From: Owenia fusiformis
Lineage: Eukaryota
Direction of reading: 5' to 3'
NCBI GenBank assembly: GCA_903813345.2
Contig: CAIIXF020000001.1
Span: 26,040,001 to 26,104,000, forward strand
Length of the DNA: 64,000 bases
Shown here: in pieces, positions 1 through 13,800 of the stretch
Numbering within the stretch: position 1 is the stretch's first letter
Layout of the letters: each line of letters opens with the position of its first letter
The notes under the pieces: model-generated
The model's database searches: none
Told to the model about the DNA's origin: nothing
Seen by the model: the letters and a program-made list of their open reading frames with translations, nothing else
Position numbers and translations under genes: made by a program

Positions 1-2984
1 TAGTTCAAGGTACCACATAATTGCTGGAATTACACCATGCGTTTTAGAAAGGCGCCTAAGGTTTTAACCCGGATTGAAAAATAGGTGTAATCACGATTGG
101 GGATTAACAAAAGTGCTTTTCCAAAACTCCTAGAACCCTAGTCACTAAAAAACGCCTTAAATCATTAGGCGCTTTTGGAGTGTAGTGTAATGCTGATCAT
201 ATTTTGTAAAACGCCTTACCCGGGTTTTTACCATTTGCCCTAAACGACATAAGACGTATTTCGAATGCTACACATTTGGGCCACTGCAAAAATACAGGAA
301 ATGATGGATGGGACCCAAAAATGCAATAGGTCATCAAATTATACCACAAAAATTCAAAGTAAGTTCACATCACTGGCAAAAGTCTCGGTTACATTTTCTC
401 ATAGATGCTAAAAGAATACATTTATTGTAGATGTACACATCTGCTGAAATTTTTTAGAAATGTTGGTGTAATCAGGAATGGCAATTTTGTAAAATTATAC
501 CACAGATGTGCAGTACATTTGGTGTTCGGAATCAACATACTGACTCTGTCGCTTTCCTTTGCATATTCTTTGCACTTATGCATATGCATAGATTCTTTTT
601 GATGAATCTTTCAATAAAATCTTTAAGATGAGTAAGCTTGGAGTGAACCATGCGTGTACAATATTCCTAACCCCATAAATGTGGGGTTGATTTTTCAAAT
701 CCCCCACAACTACCTGTGTATTGAAAACCAGGGGTTGAAAAAAGCTGGATTAGTGGTTATTTAAATAAAATTCAGCTACCGACTTCTGAGAACATTTTCA
801 ACGCCAAAATTCCAATACACGAGTAGTGAAGGTGATGCAAGGGAAAGATCAATACCCGGTGATTTCAGCGGGAAGTGGCGTTTCGTTCAGTGGATGAGCT
901 GCGCGCGCACGCATAAATGTGATTATCCAATATAATTAGGGGAGGGCTATTTGAAGTAGTTTTTGGTCTCAGGCGCGACCCAGGGCTTTTGTCTTAAGGA
1001 CATTTCGTTGAAAATGAGCCATTCGGCTGATAATTGGTAAGAGTTTGCGATCTTATAATGTATAACTGTTACTCAGACACATATTTTGACACGATTCTGT
1101 TGGAAATAAGCTTTGAACCGAGAGATATTCACGATTGATATGCACATTTTTGATTGTGCCATTGCTTTTCTATTGCACAATCCATGTATTGATAGAAGAA
1201 ACATTAATAATGCAGATTGGTTTACCTTCAATACATGGCAGACACTACATATCGGTCTATTAATACCAGTTTGTGCCTTAAATAGTTTTATATTTCCATC
1301 CACGGCCTGGAGCCTGGGTGTGTTTGTCTCTTATGTGTATGCTTGTGCATGGACTTCTAATAACTAGCAGAATTTAACATGATGCAAACTCGACATTATA
1401 ACTCATGCTGTAACATTTTGACTTCGCTGGAAAACAATAGGAATTATTATTCTTGCCAATCAATCATGAATCACAATCAAAATTTCAGAATGATCAATCA
1501 GGCAATTGTCTAAATCAAGTTATAACATTATATGATATTCAGCAAGAAGTCCGGTAGAAATACAGAATATTTAAACATCAAAGCTGAAAGTTAAAAGCTA
1601 ATCTGTCAATTTTCTGTCTGCAAAAGAGCGTTTACATTTGACACAATAACAGACTGAGGCTTTGAAATCTAGGATTCCCCAGGAAAATATGACGTCATAC
1701 TAATTAGCATAAGGATTTCCCTATTGGTATGGGTCGAGCCTTGTTCGAAAACACAATCCATAAATACATGCTAATTTCTAAGGAGATAGGAAGTGTATAA
1801 CGTGTTTATCGATTTTGTTTAAAGATTTAATCAATTATCAAATTGTTTAAGTGGATAAAGTGGTCACACTTGCTTCAATTCATAGCGAAATCGACGGATA
1901 GAAACTGACCGAATTTCCGATATCCTACCCCGTATTACTGTAGGCTATAAGCACAGTGACCTACAGAGGGCGCTATCACAAACAAGTACTGCACGAACCG
2001 ATAAATTCCCGGGTATTGTAACGCCCTTGGGTGATGTGTGGATTCAATGAACTCAAAATCCATGGTCTTGGCAGGAAAACTTATAAATCTTGTCGTCATT
2101 CACAATTTAGACCGTTATTTGGATACTGCAAACAATCAAAGTATGTATTCACACTTACCTTACTATATGGCTTGCTTGATTCGACAATTAGAGAGCTATT
2201 ATTTAGGATATTTAACGAAATGTGACAGACTTTTAACTTTCAAAACATCAAATTTACTCCTCGACAGATGGCAGCACTTACTAAATCATGAACCGCCAGG
2301 AAAAACAGAGTTGATTTGAAGAGTTGGTAAGATTTTCCGTTTTGCATTTCATTTAAATTTTGCATTTTATTTTGCATCTATTGCTGGCCCAATAGAAGAA
2401 TAATACCCAGACTATAGAAACTCATTATTTCAGGTTTTGCGATCAATAGATGTCAGGTGTTGATACAGGTTCCTGTGTTTTTCTGTCGGTATCTTTTTTT
2501 GTCTTTGATTCTGATCACGAGCATTGGCTTTCTAAGATTTTTGACATCTACTAAAAAGTCACTCGACTTTTTTGCAAAAAACCTTCCAAAAAGTAACAGT
2601 AATGAGTTCACATTGTCGTACCATCAAAATGATCCACCGCCTAACTTATGCACCATTGAACTCGGTAATATTGTACACATACTCGTACGTAACAATTACC
2701 TTATATTCCCAGAGAAAACTGGGCTTGCTTTTCAACATTTCAAGCAAAAATTCTCTACGGAGCTTTTGTTTTTCTGACGTAATTTCTTCTAAGAAATCAG
2801 TGACGTGATAGGTTCAGTTCATCTTATTTCGAAAGCCTCGAAAGGGGTGTCATCTATTTAGAATATTTATTTTCATCTTGTCCAGTCCTATATACAACCT
2901 GCCCTTATCCTTTTCGCTTGTAAAGCGGCGTAGTAATGTTGAAATTATGGAATAGATTCTCTGAGAGTGGCGACATGTCTGCAT

Positions 2985-4035
2985 CAGGGCTGTCAACTTG
3001 GGACCATCTAACATGAGTGACTTCCAAATGTTGAACACCTTCCTTCAAACTTTGGACAGCTTCAGTGAACACTGGCAGATTTTGGACACCTAAAACTTTT
3101 CCTGTTCCAATCCGTCAACTGGGGGTGGGGGGGTAGGTGTAAATATTTTCGAAACAAATGCGTGATATAGGGTTTGTGTAAAAAAACGGGTGACCGGGTA
3201 ACCGGGTAACTGGGTGACCGGGTACTTAACGTTCCTAGGAGGGCTAGGATTTTTTTATTTATAATGTTGGATCTGGACGATACATGTACGTTATTTTCGA
3301 CGTCACGTTTTGAGGTTATTTCACATCGTAAGAACGTTTTGACAACGTTAACTTTTAACATTAAAATAACATCGGTAATGAACCGATTTAGTGAGAACAT
3401 ATTGACATTTTGCTGAATATTAAAATAACGTCAGATCAATACGGTCCATGAACGTCATTATTGACATCACGTTTTGAGGTTATTTCAAATCGAAAAAACG
3501 TTTCGACAACGTTAAATGTTAACGTTAACAATACGTCGGAAATGAAAAAACTTAGTGAGAACACAAAGTTTTTGTCATGTTTTTTTCCACCAAAAAATAT
3601 TTTGATATTAAAAGCCTGTTTTGACAACGTTGAATTTTAACGTTTGAGTTACGAACTTTACGGACACGTTACAGCAACATTCTTTTTATATCATCAATAG
3701 ATGTCTCATGTTTACGTTGCCTCGATCGACCGGGTACTCGGTTACCCGGTCACCCAGTTTTTTACACAAACCCCGTGATATATACACATATTTTGTACCA
3801 AATGCGTGACATAAACGGCAATCGCATGCAAAGACCGAACGGAATGCGTTCGCTTTTTTCGCCGTTCGCTTTTTTACCTTATCAGCATTTCACAAAAAAC
3901 GATTTTTAAAAATATCAGCAAAATGCGTGATTTGCGTGATATTTAATCATACACGCTAAATTGATGCGTGATTCCTATTTTTCCAGCAAATGCGTGACAA
4001 TCACGCCTAATGCGTGAGGGTTGACCGGGCAGCTG
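2985..4035. mobile_element. Degenerate hAT-like non-autonomous element hosting the 3170-3773 MITE
   Basis: Starts cagggctgtcaac, ends ...gcgtgagggttgaccgggcagctg, with many repeated tgcgtga subterminal motifs (3159, 3800-4020). No clean TSD seen. Confidence 0.35.
3170..3773. mobile_element. MITE with 9-bp TSD (Mutator/MULE-like)
   Basis: TIRs gggtttgtgtaaaaaa(a)cgggtgaccgggtaacc / ggttacccggtcacccagttttttacacaaaccc. Flanked by direct repeat cgtgatata at 3161-3169 and 3774-3782. Confidence 0.8.
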
Positions 4036-4519
4036 CATCTCTACCATCTTGCATTTGACACCCCTCATTTTGGGCGAGTCCAAGTAAACGGCACATCCGG
4101 GTGATTAGAAAAGGGACATTTTTTTTTAAAAATCGAGCGGCACCAAAGATACTTCTGGTCAAACTGAGTTTATGACGAAACTTATGAAAGAATCAGTAAA
4201 AGGTAAGTAGTATACATTAGGCGGATGCCAAAAATTAAACGTGGCGCCAATTTAAAACTTCAGAATGCTTTCAAAATCACAAAAAAGTCGAGTGACTTTT
4301 TAGATGTCGAAAATCTTAGCCCATGTCATGAGGAGCAAAGAGGACAAACCATTGGTTCAAATCCCATTCGTCAGATACCTAATCGTCTGAATGTTCCAAA
4401 TCCTATTCATCCAAATCTGTGGTCCAAATCCCATTCCACTCTAACCAATGATCTGAACCATAGGCCCAGGAACATGTATAAAAAAGATTGAGTCGAATAC
4501 AATAAGAGATTAAGCTCTT

Positions 4520-4860
4520 AAAGCAACCAACCAGATGATTAAGGAAGCAACCAACAGACCAATCAAACCAAACCAATCAAGCCACCAACCAGCCAAAAAA
4601 GCAACCAACCAAACATTGGTTGGCTTGGCTAGTTGTTCTTGTTTGCTTTGATGCTTGGTTGTTTGGATGGCGGGCTGTTTTTTTGTTGCTTGGTTGGTTG
4701 CTTTTGGCTTGTCGCTAGGCTGCCTTGTTGGTTGGTTCTTTGGCAGATAAGATGGTTGCTTGCTTGATTGGTTGGATGCATGAAATAGTGGTATGTTAAG
4801 TTTGATGTCAGTTAGGAGGGTGGTTGATTGCTTGAATTGTTGGTTGGTTAGGTGATTGGC
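4520..4860. repeat. Degenerate (AACC)n followed by (TTGG)n low-complexity tract
   Basis: caaccaacc runs at 4524-4615 switch to ttggttgg runs at 4616-4860. Confidence 0.7.
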
Positions 4861-5373
4861 ATCTATAAGAGTGCTAAGTAATGTATTCTGGCACCACGCC
4901 ACTGAGGCAAGAATCTGACAGATTAAAAATGACAGGCCATTTTTTGTAGGCCAAGTAGTTTTGGAAATATTCATCACAAGCTAGTGTTTATGAATTTTAA
5001 GCCCTGGAAAGATGAAACGCAAAATGTAGATGCATCTTGGGCATACAAATTCAAATTTTTAACCCTGCTAGGAATGTTAGGTATCTGATCACCTGGCTAC
5101 CAAGTTACCTGGCTACCCAGTTTTTTACCTAAACACATTGTGAGAGGGGTGTGGATTTTTGTGTGTGCATCCAAATTCTTCTGATCTCACCGTAATGGTC
5201 AAAATGGAACCCTGCTTCAAAAAATAATTAATAACTAGCATTGCTTTTCTATTTTCAGGCAGTTCTTGAGTGTTAAAAGGAATGAAGATTGGACAACAGA
5301 AATAGCTTATTTACATTATAATAATAGACCATATTGTGGCATTGCTATAGAAAACCAAATCTTGATTAGAACA

Positions 5374-5628
5374 ATGAGTGATGTTAAGTCAGAACTAAGC
5401 ATACCTTTTCCGACAGAGGAACAAGCTACAATTGCTTACAACTCTCTACGTGTTGACAAAGAACCCAAACGTGGTGGAAATACCAGGGAGCTCAGAGTTG
5501 ATGGGAATGTGCTACATGTCAGTTTCAAGGCAAAGGAGCTTAAACAGTTGAGAGTCGGTGTAAACTCATTCATGGATCATGTGATCCTGGTTGTCCAGAC
5601 TCTGGATCAGTTTGGGGGAGCACTGTAG
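5374..5628 (+). CDS. LAGE3: EKC/KEOPS complex subunit LAGE3/Pcc1 (84 aa, single coding exon)
   Basis: MSDVKSELSIPFPTEEQATIAYNSLRVDKEPKRGG...LRVGVNSFMDHVILVVQTLDQFG matches the Pcc1/LAGE3 family pattern. Upstream acceptor ttttcag at 5258 and candidate 5'UTR exon donor AG|gtaagt at 4202. Confidence 0.9.
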   Translation: MSDVKSELSIPFPTEEQATIAYNSLRVDKEPKRGGNTRELRVDGNVLHVSFKAKELKQLRVGVNSFMDHVILVVQTLDQFGGAL

Positions 5629-7182
5629 AACTGTAGATACTGGATGAGCTTTCAGCTTTCATCAGTTCATAAGGTATTACCTTTGTTTGCTGTACACGTT
5701 TCCAATGTTCAGTTTAAAATCATATATCAGTTGTTCACAGTTTGGTCATCTATTTATATACAGCATCCCTTCATATTATTGTTATCATCAATATTTATGA
5801 TAATAAGAGCAAGTCAGCAGAATGCAATACATGTTCTAGTATATAATTATGTATTTATATCAGGTGAAATATTACAAAGCGAGATTATTTTGGAATATAT
5901 TGTATCATTATATACCTCATATGTATTCTAAATGCTCATTGGCTTATTCATGGTCACATGATATAAAATAGATGAACTAATTCCCTGGAAATTCCTAAAT
6001 CCCTGGTATCAGGGAAGATAAAATGTACTTATCACCAGTAAGGTCATGTGACCAGTCATTAGTACGTTTTACCTTCCCTGAGAGTTGAAATTATAGGAGT
6101 TGAAAGGCAAAATGCCTTTGAATCCCAATAAGAACCTGTAAACAATAAATGTTGAAATGAAAACTTCTCATTTTGTTTTTGTTTACAGAGTACAAGTACA
6201 CATTTTCGGGAAATAGTGTAAAAATTTTCCCCTCTGGAATATCCTGTCCACTGACATGTTCCCTCGTGTCAGTGGACAAGATATTCCCTCGGGAAAAATA
6301 TTTTGCACTATTTCCCTCAATGGCAGTCGCTATTTGTATAACTGCATCATACAGTATTTACACATTTATTGTCAAATCAGTTAAAAAAAATTAGATACAT
6401 TTAAATGATATTTATTTTTCAGGTAAGAGAGCACCACTTTCCAGAGAGAGAGGGAGGTTTGTTTGAGCTACAACTACAGTTGTTCCCAAAGAGGGAGATC
6501 AAAGACAAATACAACACTCTTAAGATAGGATTCCTTAATACTGTTAAAATGGGAACTCATTGTGATATGGCATATTGATGACTTGAATGAGACTCAAAAT
6601 GATTGCAATGATGCATTTAAGATTTTGATCTTGTAGTTCTGGAATCGGATTATTCATGTGAAAATAATTTTTTATTTTGAACAATGATCATGTGAAAATC
6701 CACATTGAAAAAAAACAAAATATAATAACTTTTATGAAATAAACATTTAATTTTTGTTCATCTTAAGTCCTACATTTATTTAGGTCAAAGACTGAGTAAT
6801 CTTGTATTATAACAAATTGTAGCACTCTTGGTAAAATGTAAAAAACACCATAAAACCAACCCAGCATGCTCACAAAGCTAATATGAATATGATTTACCCA
6901 TCATGCCCAAAAACTATTCAAGCCTAGAATTTCATACCAACTCGCAACCTTGAATTTTTCAAATCAATCCGTTTCAGTGTTTCGCTTGGAAATGCAAACA
7001 AGATACTCTGGTGGAAAATCCAAATTGGACTTAACTGTTCTGCAGTTTCAAATAAGTTCATCAATCAGTTTGCATGGAAACGTGCAGACAATAACATTAG
7101 TTGCCATCCACCTGTCAAGCAGATATCATGCCTTTTTGAGGTACTGAAAAGTTGCTTATCTTGCTTATGCATGATTTAATGA

Positions 7183-7331
7183 TTTAAGCCCTGGACTCAG
7201 TGCATTGTTTGCTGAATCATACCATGAAGGTGTTGTTTCCAAACCTTTGCATGACTGTGCAGCGGGAATGCAAAGTTTAGGAAACAACGCCTGAGTGGAA
7301 TGAAGCAGCTACAATACAGTCTTGGGCTTAA
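7183..7331. repeat. Imperfect hairpin element
   Basis: tttaagccc...gttgtttccaaacctttgcat / atgcaaagtttaggaaacaac...gggcttaaa. Confidence 0.55.
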
Positions 7332-9139
7332 ATTCTTTTCACACAATTGCAATTTTTTCTACAAAATCATCCAAAAGGAACGAAATCACTAAAAGAACAC
7401 ATTTTCAATGAAATTTTTTGCAAGGGTCAAGTTGGCAAGTTATCAAATCCAATGTGAAAAGTCCATTCATCACCATGACAACTGTTTAACTAGTGACCTT
7501 GCATGTGTTATTGATATTTCACACACTGTTCATTATGTGAATACTCTGTTCTGACTGGTTGGAATCAGACACACCTTGCCAAGCTATGTGTGAATGTGAA
7601 ACTATTCCATAGTTATTAGACAAATGTTTCATTTGGGAAGAATAAGCCCAAAAACAAGGTCAATACTTTCAATGAGATTTTGTCTATGTGTCCGTCTATC
7701 TGTTTGTTTACAAAGTTTTTGGACAAATTATGTGGTTCCATAATTTACACAATAAGGTCCCGGGTCTTTAAAAATGAGAAAATGCTATGGTTTGACGAGA
7801 ACATACTGGTAATTTACACCATGATCCTGGGTTCCTACCATATTTTGGTGAAATCTGAGTAAATCAAGTAAAAATCAAGAATTATTAAAATTTGAAACTT
7901 TTTAACATCAAAATATCACATTTTTTTACATTTGTCTTGTATCATTTATAGTGTTTCCAAACATGTTGCAATCAATGTTGAGCCGTGTATCAGTAACAAC
8001 TTCCCAGGTTGAACTTTTTTTCATACAATGATTTCATGATGAGCTTCTATTATCATATTCAATTATCCTTTTGTATTTTGTATGTTATTATTGGGTATGC
8101 TAATCCACAAAAAGTTTTTAAATTGACTTATTTTTGTAATTTAACAATTAGCATATTAGCATAAGGAATTGTCATGTGAGCCAACTGAATAGTTCCATTT
8201 TTATGTCACCACAATGAGTGGTGACATATTGTTCTAGTCTCCAACTTTTTGTGGATCGTGTTAAGCAGTCACTGTCTGTAACAAATGGCAGGTGACAACA
8301 TTTTGCATGTTAATGCCTTGTTACATACATGTACTGAAAATATGAAAACTGAATATTAAATATTATCATATATTTAATATTAGAATGTGTGATCAAAACC
8401 TTGATGTTTAAAGACACAACACAGATCAGTTTAGTTAAACTTTTTATATTTATGTTCTATAACACGTATTCTAAAATGTAAAGATTTGGTTGGAAATACA
8501 TAAATAAATAGATACTATAGAAACTGTTGCCATGTAGACTAAGATGTCATATAATGGAGAATGAAGTGTTCGGCGAATATGTACATTTGAAGCTCAATAC
8601 ATAATATAAGTGTTTGCAATATAATTCGGCGCCGTCCTCGGCATCGAAAAAATTTGGGGCTGTTCCGGCACCGTTTCGACACCGTTCCGGCACCGAAACC
8701 TTTTGCCACCAAAATTTGCCACCGGACTAGTCAGTCCATTTGGTGCCGAAATGGCACCGAAATTTGGCACCGAAACGGCGTCGAAAATCAGATTGCATTT
8801 TGGGGGTGTATAGAAGCATTCTTTATAACTAATCTCATGGCATTCTTTTCTGATTCCTCTATTTTTCTGAGTGTAGTTGTATTTTTATGGGGATGTAGAT
8901 ACAAAAGCAAGATATACGAAGCTATTAAAACAATGAAGTAAGTAACTGTTGGGAAAAACAAGCCATTATCAGTTACTTTCATCTGGACATGTACCAATTT
9001 TATGGCCTTGCCGAGAAATAAATCTGGAATGTGATTTGAGCATATCACTATCATACAATGCAAAAACATTTCATTTATGAAACATTTCTATGGTGACTTT
9101 CTATTAAAGTCTTACATGTAAATACAAATTGCAAACAAG

Positions 9140-10483
9140 AACACAAATGTGTACAAAATGTCCCCACCTATTGGTGATCCCGTCAAATGGTTATCCTAAA
9201 AATGAGTAGACAAGATTTTACCGACACAATTTGAGGACGGAAAATCCAAATGGCCACCTTAAAATTTACCCAGAATGCCAAAGAATTGGTCAGTTCTACA
9301 TTTTCATACTAAGAACCACCCCTGAAAATTTGAAATTGATCCGTCACACAGTTAACCAGAAAACATGTAAACAAGACTTTACAGACAAGATTTTAGGACA
9401 GAAAATCCAAAATGGCTGCCTTGACATTTACCCAGAATGCCAAAAAACTAATCAGAACTAGATTTTCATACTAAAAATCATCCCTGAAAATTTGAAATTG
9501 ATCAACCAAACGGTTCACCTAAAAACATGTAGACAAGTCTTTACGGGCACGATTTTAAGACGGAAAATCCAAAATGGCTGCCTTGACATTTATTCAGAAT
9601 GCCAAAAAACTAATCAGATCTAGATTTTCATACTAAGAATCATCCCTGAAAATTTCAAATTGATCTACCAAACGGTTCACCTGGAAATGCGTAGACAAGA
9701 CTTTACAGACAAGATTTTACGACGGAAAATCCAAAATGGCTGCCTTGACATTTACCCAGAATGCCTAAAAACTAATCAGATCTAGATTTTCATACTAAGA
9801 ATCATCCCTGAAAATTTGAAATTGATTTACCAAACGGTTCACCTGAAAACGCGTAGACAAGACTTTACAGACAAGATTTTAGGACGGAAAAATCAAAAAT
9901 GGCCGACAATAAAAAAGTGATTATGGATTTTTGCTGATTTCTTTTTGCAAAATTATCACATATAACTACTGTTAACAATAAAATAGGCTTTTACAACAAA
10001 GTACACATGAAATTATTTATAAAGCTACTAAATAGTTTAAGTATGAAAACTGAAAAACACCATTCAATATGATACAAAGTATTATCGTGCGCTAACTTTT
10101 CTTTAAACATTCAAAATGGCTGACTTGACTGAGCTAACAGGTCCAAAACCTAATCAGATCTAGAATGAAGTGATCTGAACAAGATGTTAAAGTTTGAAAA
10201 GCAACTGTGAGGCCGTTTTTCTTAAAGTTTGCAGACAAGGATTTTAGCATTTGACTTCAAAATGGCCGACAGGAAGTAGGTATCGAGTTAATTTTTTTTC
10301 ATCCACATCTTTATGCACTCATAAGTTATCCCTGAAAATTTGAAGGTGATATCTGTAACGGTTTTGGAGAAAACTGCCGGACGTACGGACGGACAGACAG
10401 ACGGACGGACAGACGGACAGACAGATGGACGGACGCGCCTAGGCCGACAATATGGCCCCACACTATGTGGTGGGGACATAAAA
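9140..10483 (+). mobile_element. Helentron-type non-autonomous element (HINE/pearl-like) with ~162-bp internal tandem repeats
   Basis: Sub-terminal IR atgtccccac (~9157) / gtggggacat (~10470), about 4 copies of a ~162-bp unit (anchor aaaatccaaaatggc near 9240, 9402, 9564, 9726, 9888), (GACG/GACA)n microsatellite at 10385-10435 and a 3' palindrome ccccacactatgtggtgggg. Confidence 0.75.
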
Positions 10484-10892
10484 AGGTTTATACTTTGTAT
10501 TGCGAAAGCGTGTAAAATTGTTCAATATCTTTCCCCTATGTATTTAGGGTACACTGTCAGGATGTTTGACATACTGGCAGAACTGAATTATGGAACAGTA
10601 ATTTATTTCCCCTAACTTAAATCACACCCTGTATATGATCTAAGCATCCTTTGAAACAGTACATTATTATCTGTTTTGAGTATTTTAGTCAAATATACAT
10701 GGTTTTAGTGTTTGGGCTTTCATTGTCAAGTGCTCATAAGTGATCTCCAACTGTTTGCATCAGTTGCACACATGTAGAGTGGATCATATGTATAACCAAT
10801 GTATAACAGGTCCTCTAATTATGTGTTCAGTATTCCAGCCATGTTTACTGTATTGTATATGAATCTCAAGTCTCTATGTGTCATTCATTATG

Positions 10893-13800
10893 TTAGAAAA
10901 GGAAATATCTCTGTGTAAGAGCCAGTCTGTTAGCTGGTGGGCATGTCAAATGTTCATCTTCCTTATCACCATCATGCTTAATGTTCACACGGTATGACTG
11001 TGGATCAACTGCAAATAAAGTAACATGAAAAGTACATGTTCAATTCAATAATGAAACAATAGAACCTCTAATACTTTCAGTTATATGGGAGACATGAATA
11101 TCATCTCATAGAATAGAGGAATCAAGGGAGCATTTACATAACAGATTTCTCCTTTAGGAGACAATGTAAATATTTAAAATATAGCAGCTAAATGAAGCAT
11201 CACATGTGTAGATCAAACAACACTAAAATGCGACAGATCTAGAATTTTTGCGGGAAGTACAAGTTCACTCAACAAACTATTGAAAACTTTTGTGATTTCA
11301 TTTAATTTTTATTTACATAAATAATTAGCCTACCTGAAAGTGTGGGGAGATAATCATTCATGATCATATCTTTCTTCGTTAGTTGGCGGCAGTTTCGTAC
11401 AGCCTCAATTCTTTTGGATATTCCATAAGAGGCAACAGTGTTTGATTCTTTACCAAGTTTTGATGTAAAGATAACAGAGTGTCCTCCAATGGACTTTCCA
11501 TAGGCTCCAAACATCTTCCGCTGTTTCACAGGTTGTGGGGTTGGAATCGAGGCATTCGGCATTCCTGCAATTTGAATGACATGAGGAAAGTGGTAGATGT
11601 AGCAGCAAATATAAAGGGCTTAATTAGGATCAGTCTCATAAGGAATACAGATCTACTAGACATAATTCACCTAGGGATATAGGGACCAGTCATATATTTT
11701 TTGTAAAACCTCTATTAAACATAATAATATACAGTGTTTCTTGTATCTTACCCATCTGTGCCCAAGCTATGTATCCCCCCTTCACTATGATCTCTGGCTT
11801 GGCACCAAAGAAAGCAGGATTCCATAAGACGAGGTCTGCAAGCTTGCCTACCTGCAATAAATCATTATCCTCTATTATAACTCATGGTACATTTACATAT
11901 ACCATATAATATATATACATGTATTGGTACAATGTAATCATTGACCAAATTATTCTTAGATACAAATCTTGGAAATAGTTATTGATTATAATTATTCTGA
12001 AATTGAAGTCCAATGATAGCAATTTATCTCATTTGGCTTAAATTTACCTCGCGTAGCTCTATCCTAGCTACACCCCTGGATATTTTGACAAAATATTCTT
12101 ACTAGATTGCTTCTAATAGACATGATCTACAGTGTACAAAACTCCCCCTTATCTTCTGCTTGCATTGGATCTTTAGCAAGTTCAAGTCAAAGCGACCGTA
12201 TGTGTCGCTATGTATATAGGGTTTGAAGACAAGAATCATTATATCTGAAGTAATAACGGTTATAATGTAGCACTTACCTCCACGGAACCAATGAGATGTC
12301 CCATTCCATTACTTATTGCAGGGTTGATCGTATACTTGGCCACATATCTGCGAACTCTGATGTTATCATTTTCACCCTAAATAAAGAAATATAGTAAGTT
12401 GCATGATCTATTGTTGCACCAGTCAGAGGGTGTCTCAGAAATTAAGTTACGATTTCTGATATTTTACGGAACAAGTGACTGATAATTCACATCACAAGAA
12501 GAGTTGACCCTCAGCAATATGATCAGATTGTATTGTGTAACAGCCTCAGGTTTTATATTGTAACTATATGAAGATGAAGCTCTAAAGTATGTTTAATTGG
12601 TTGGTGTTCAATAGAGAGAGAGGGTAATTTATACAGAAGTCAGTAGAGTATGTGCAGAGGAAGGGTATCCTCTAGAGACAGGTGTTCACTAGAGAGAGGT
12701 TTTCACTTATACATGTTTTACCGAAATTAAACTATTGAAAAGGGAAAATATTGACTAGCTATTATACATTTTAGTATTTACAAATGTGATTTTTGATATT
12801 ATTTGAACCATTATAATATGTTAAGAGCAAAGAATTTGGGATTTCTGAACCCCCTTTGATACCTCCATCTGTCTCACTCACCTTTTCCTCTGCTAGTCTG
12901 CCCCTAAAGTTCTTCATTTTATCTGCAGTCTGCCACGTTCTTGTTATAACTTCACCTATACGACCCATGGCCTTAAGTAAGAACATATTACATTAATCAA
13001 ATGCCTAGTATCATGAAATAAAAGTCATTTTAAATAAACAATTTAATGGGCATAAAATGGCTCTAAAAACACTGGTTCCTCTTTGACCCTGACATGGTAT
13101 CTTTATTATCGTAACTTCCGGTGTATTGAAGAAAACCATTGAGAAATATGAGAACATCATTCATAATGACACACTTTGTAAAATTTGGGGAAAATTTTTA
13201 CCTGGGAGTCAGATGCGATGATACTGATTGCTCCCATGTCGTGTAAAATATCCTCAGCAGCAATTGTCTCAGAACGAATCCTAGACTCAGCAAATGCTAC
13301 ATCTTCTTTCAAGTTCCTTAAAAAAACAACAAAAATGTAGATGAAATAAGATATGCAGTAATGGCGGCTTTCACATGGCTGGCATCACTATTAAATTAAT
13401 AGCAATTTAGCACAACATTCCAGAATTGCATAAACATGACACGTATATTACAAGGCATGCAAAATGTCACCAGCTGCCATTTGTTACAACTGCCAAACAC
13501 AAAACACCGAACACCATGCACAAAAAAGTTGAAACTATAACAATATGTCACCAGTTTTGTGATGGTGACACAAAGACCAAATCTTAGAAGTTATCTACTC
13601 TCTGTAGTGATAGCATTTAATACTAATATCCTAAAAATATCCTGTATAGCCCAGTTTCACATTGGATTCAATAAAATATTTACTGGAAAATAGAGAAAAT
13701 ACTTACTTGTCCAAGTGGTGGCAGACCATTAACATATCAAGATGTTCATCTATGGTGTTTTTTGTATATGGTCTAGTTGGATTGGTTGAAGATGGCAGAA

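Noticed and set aside
4510-4977. 155-aa minus-strand ORF
   Set aside because: It derives from the (AACC)n/(TTGG)n low-complexity tract and has no recognisable protein features.
5266-5373. N-terminal extension of LAGE3 in the ORF track
   Set aside because: It starts at a TTG. Family similarity begins at the ATG at 5374.
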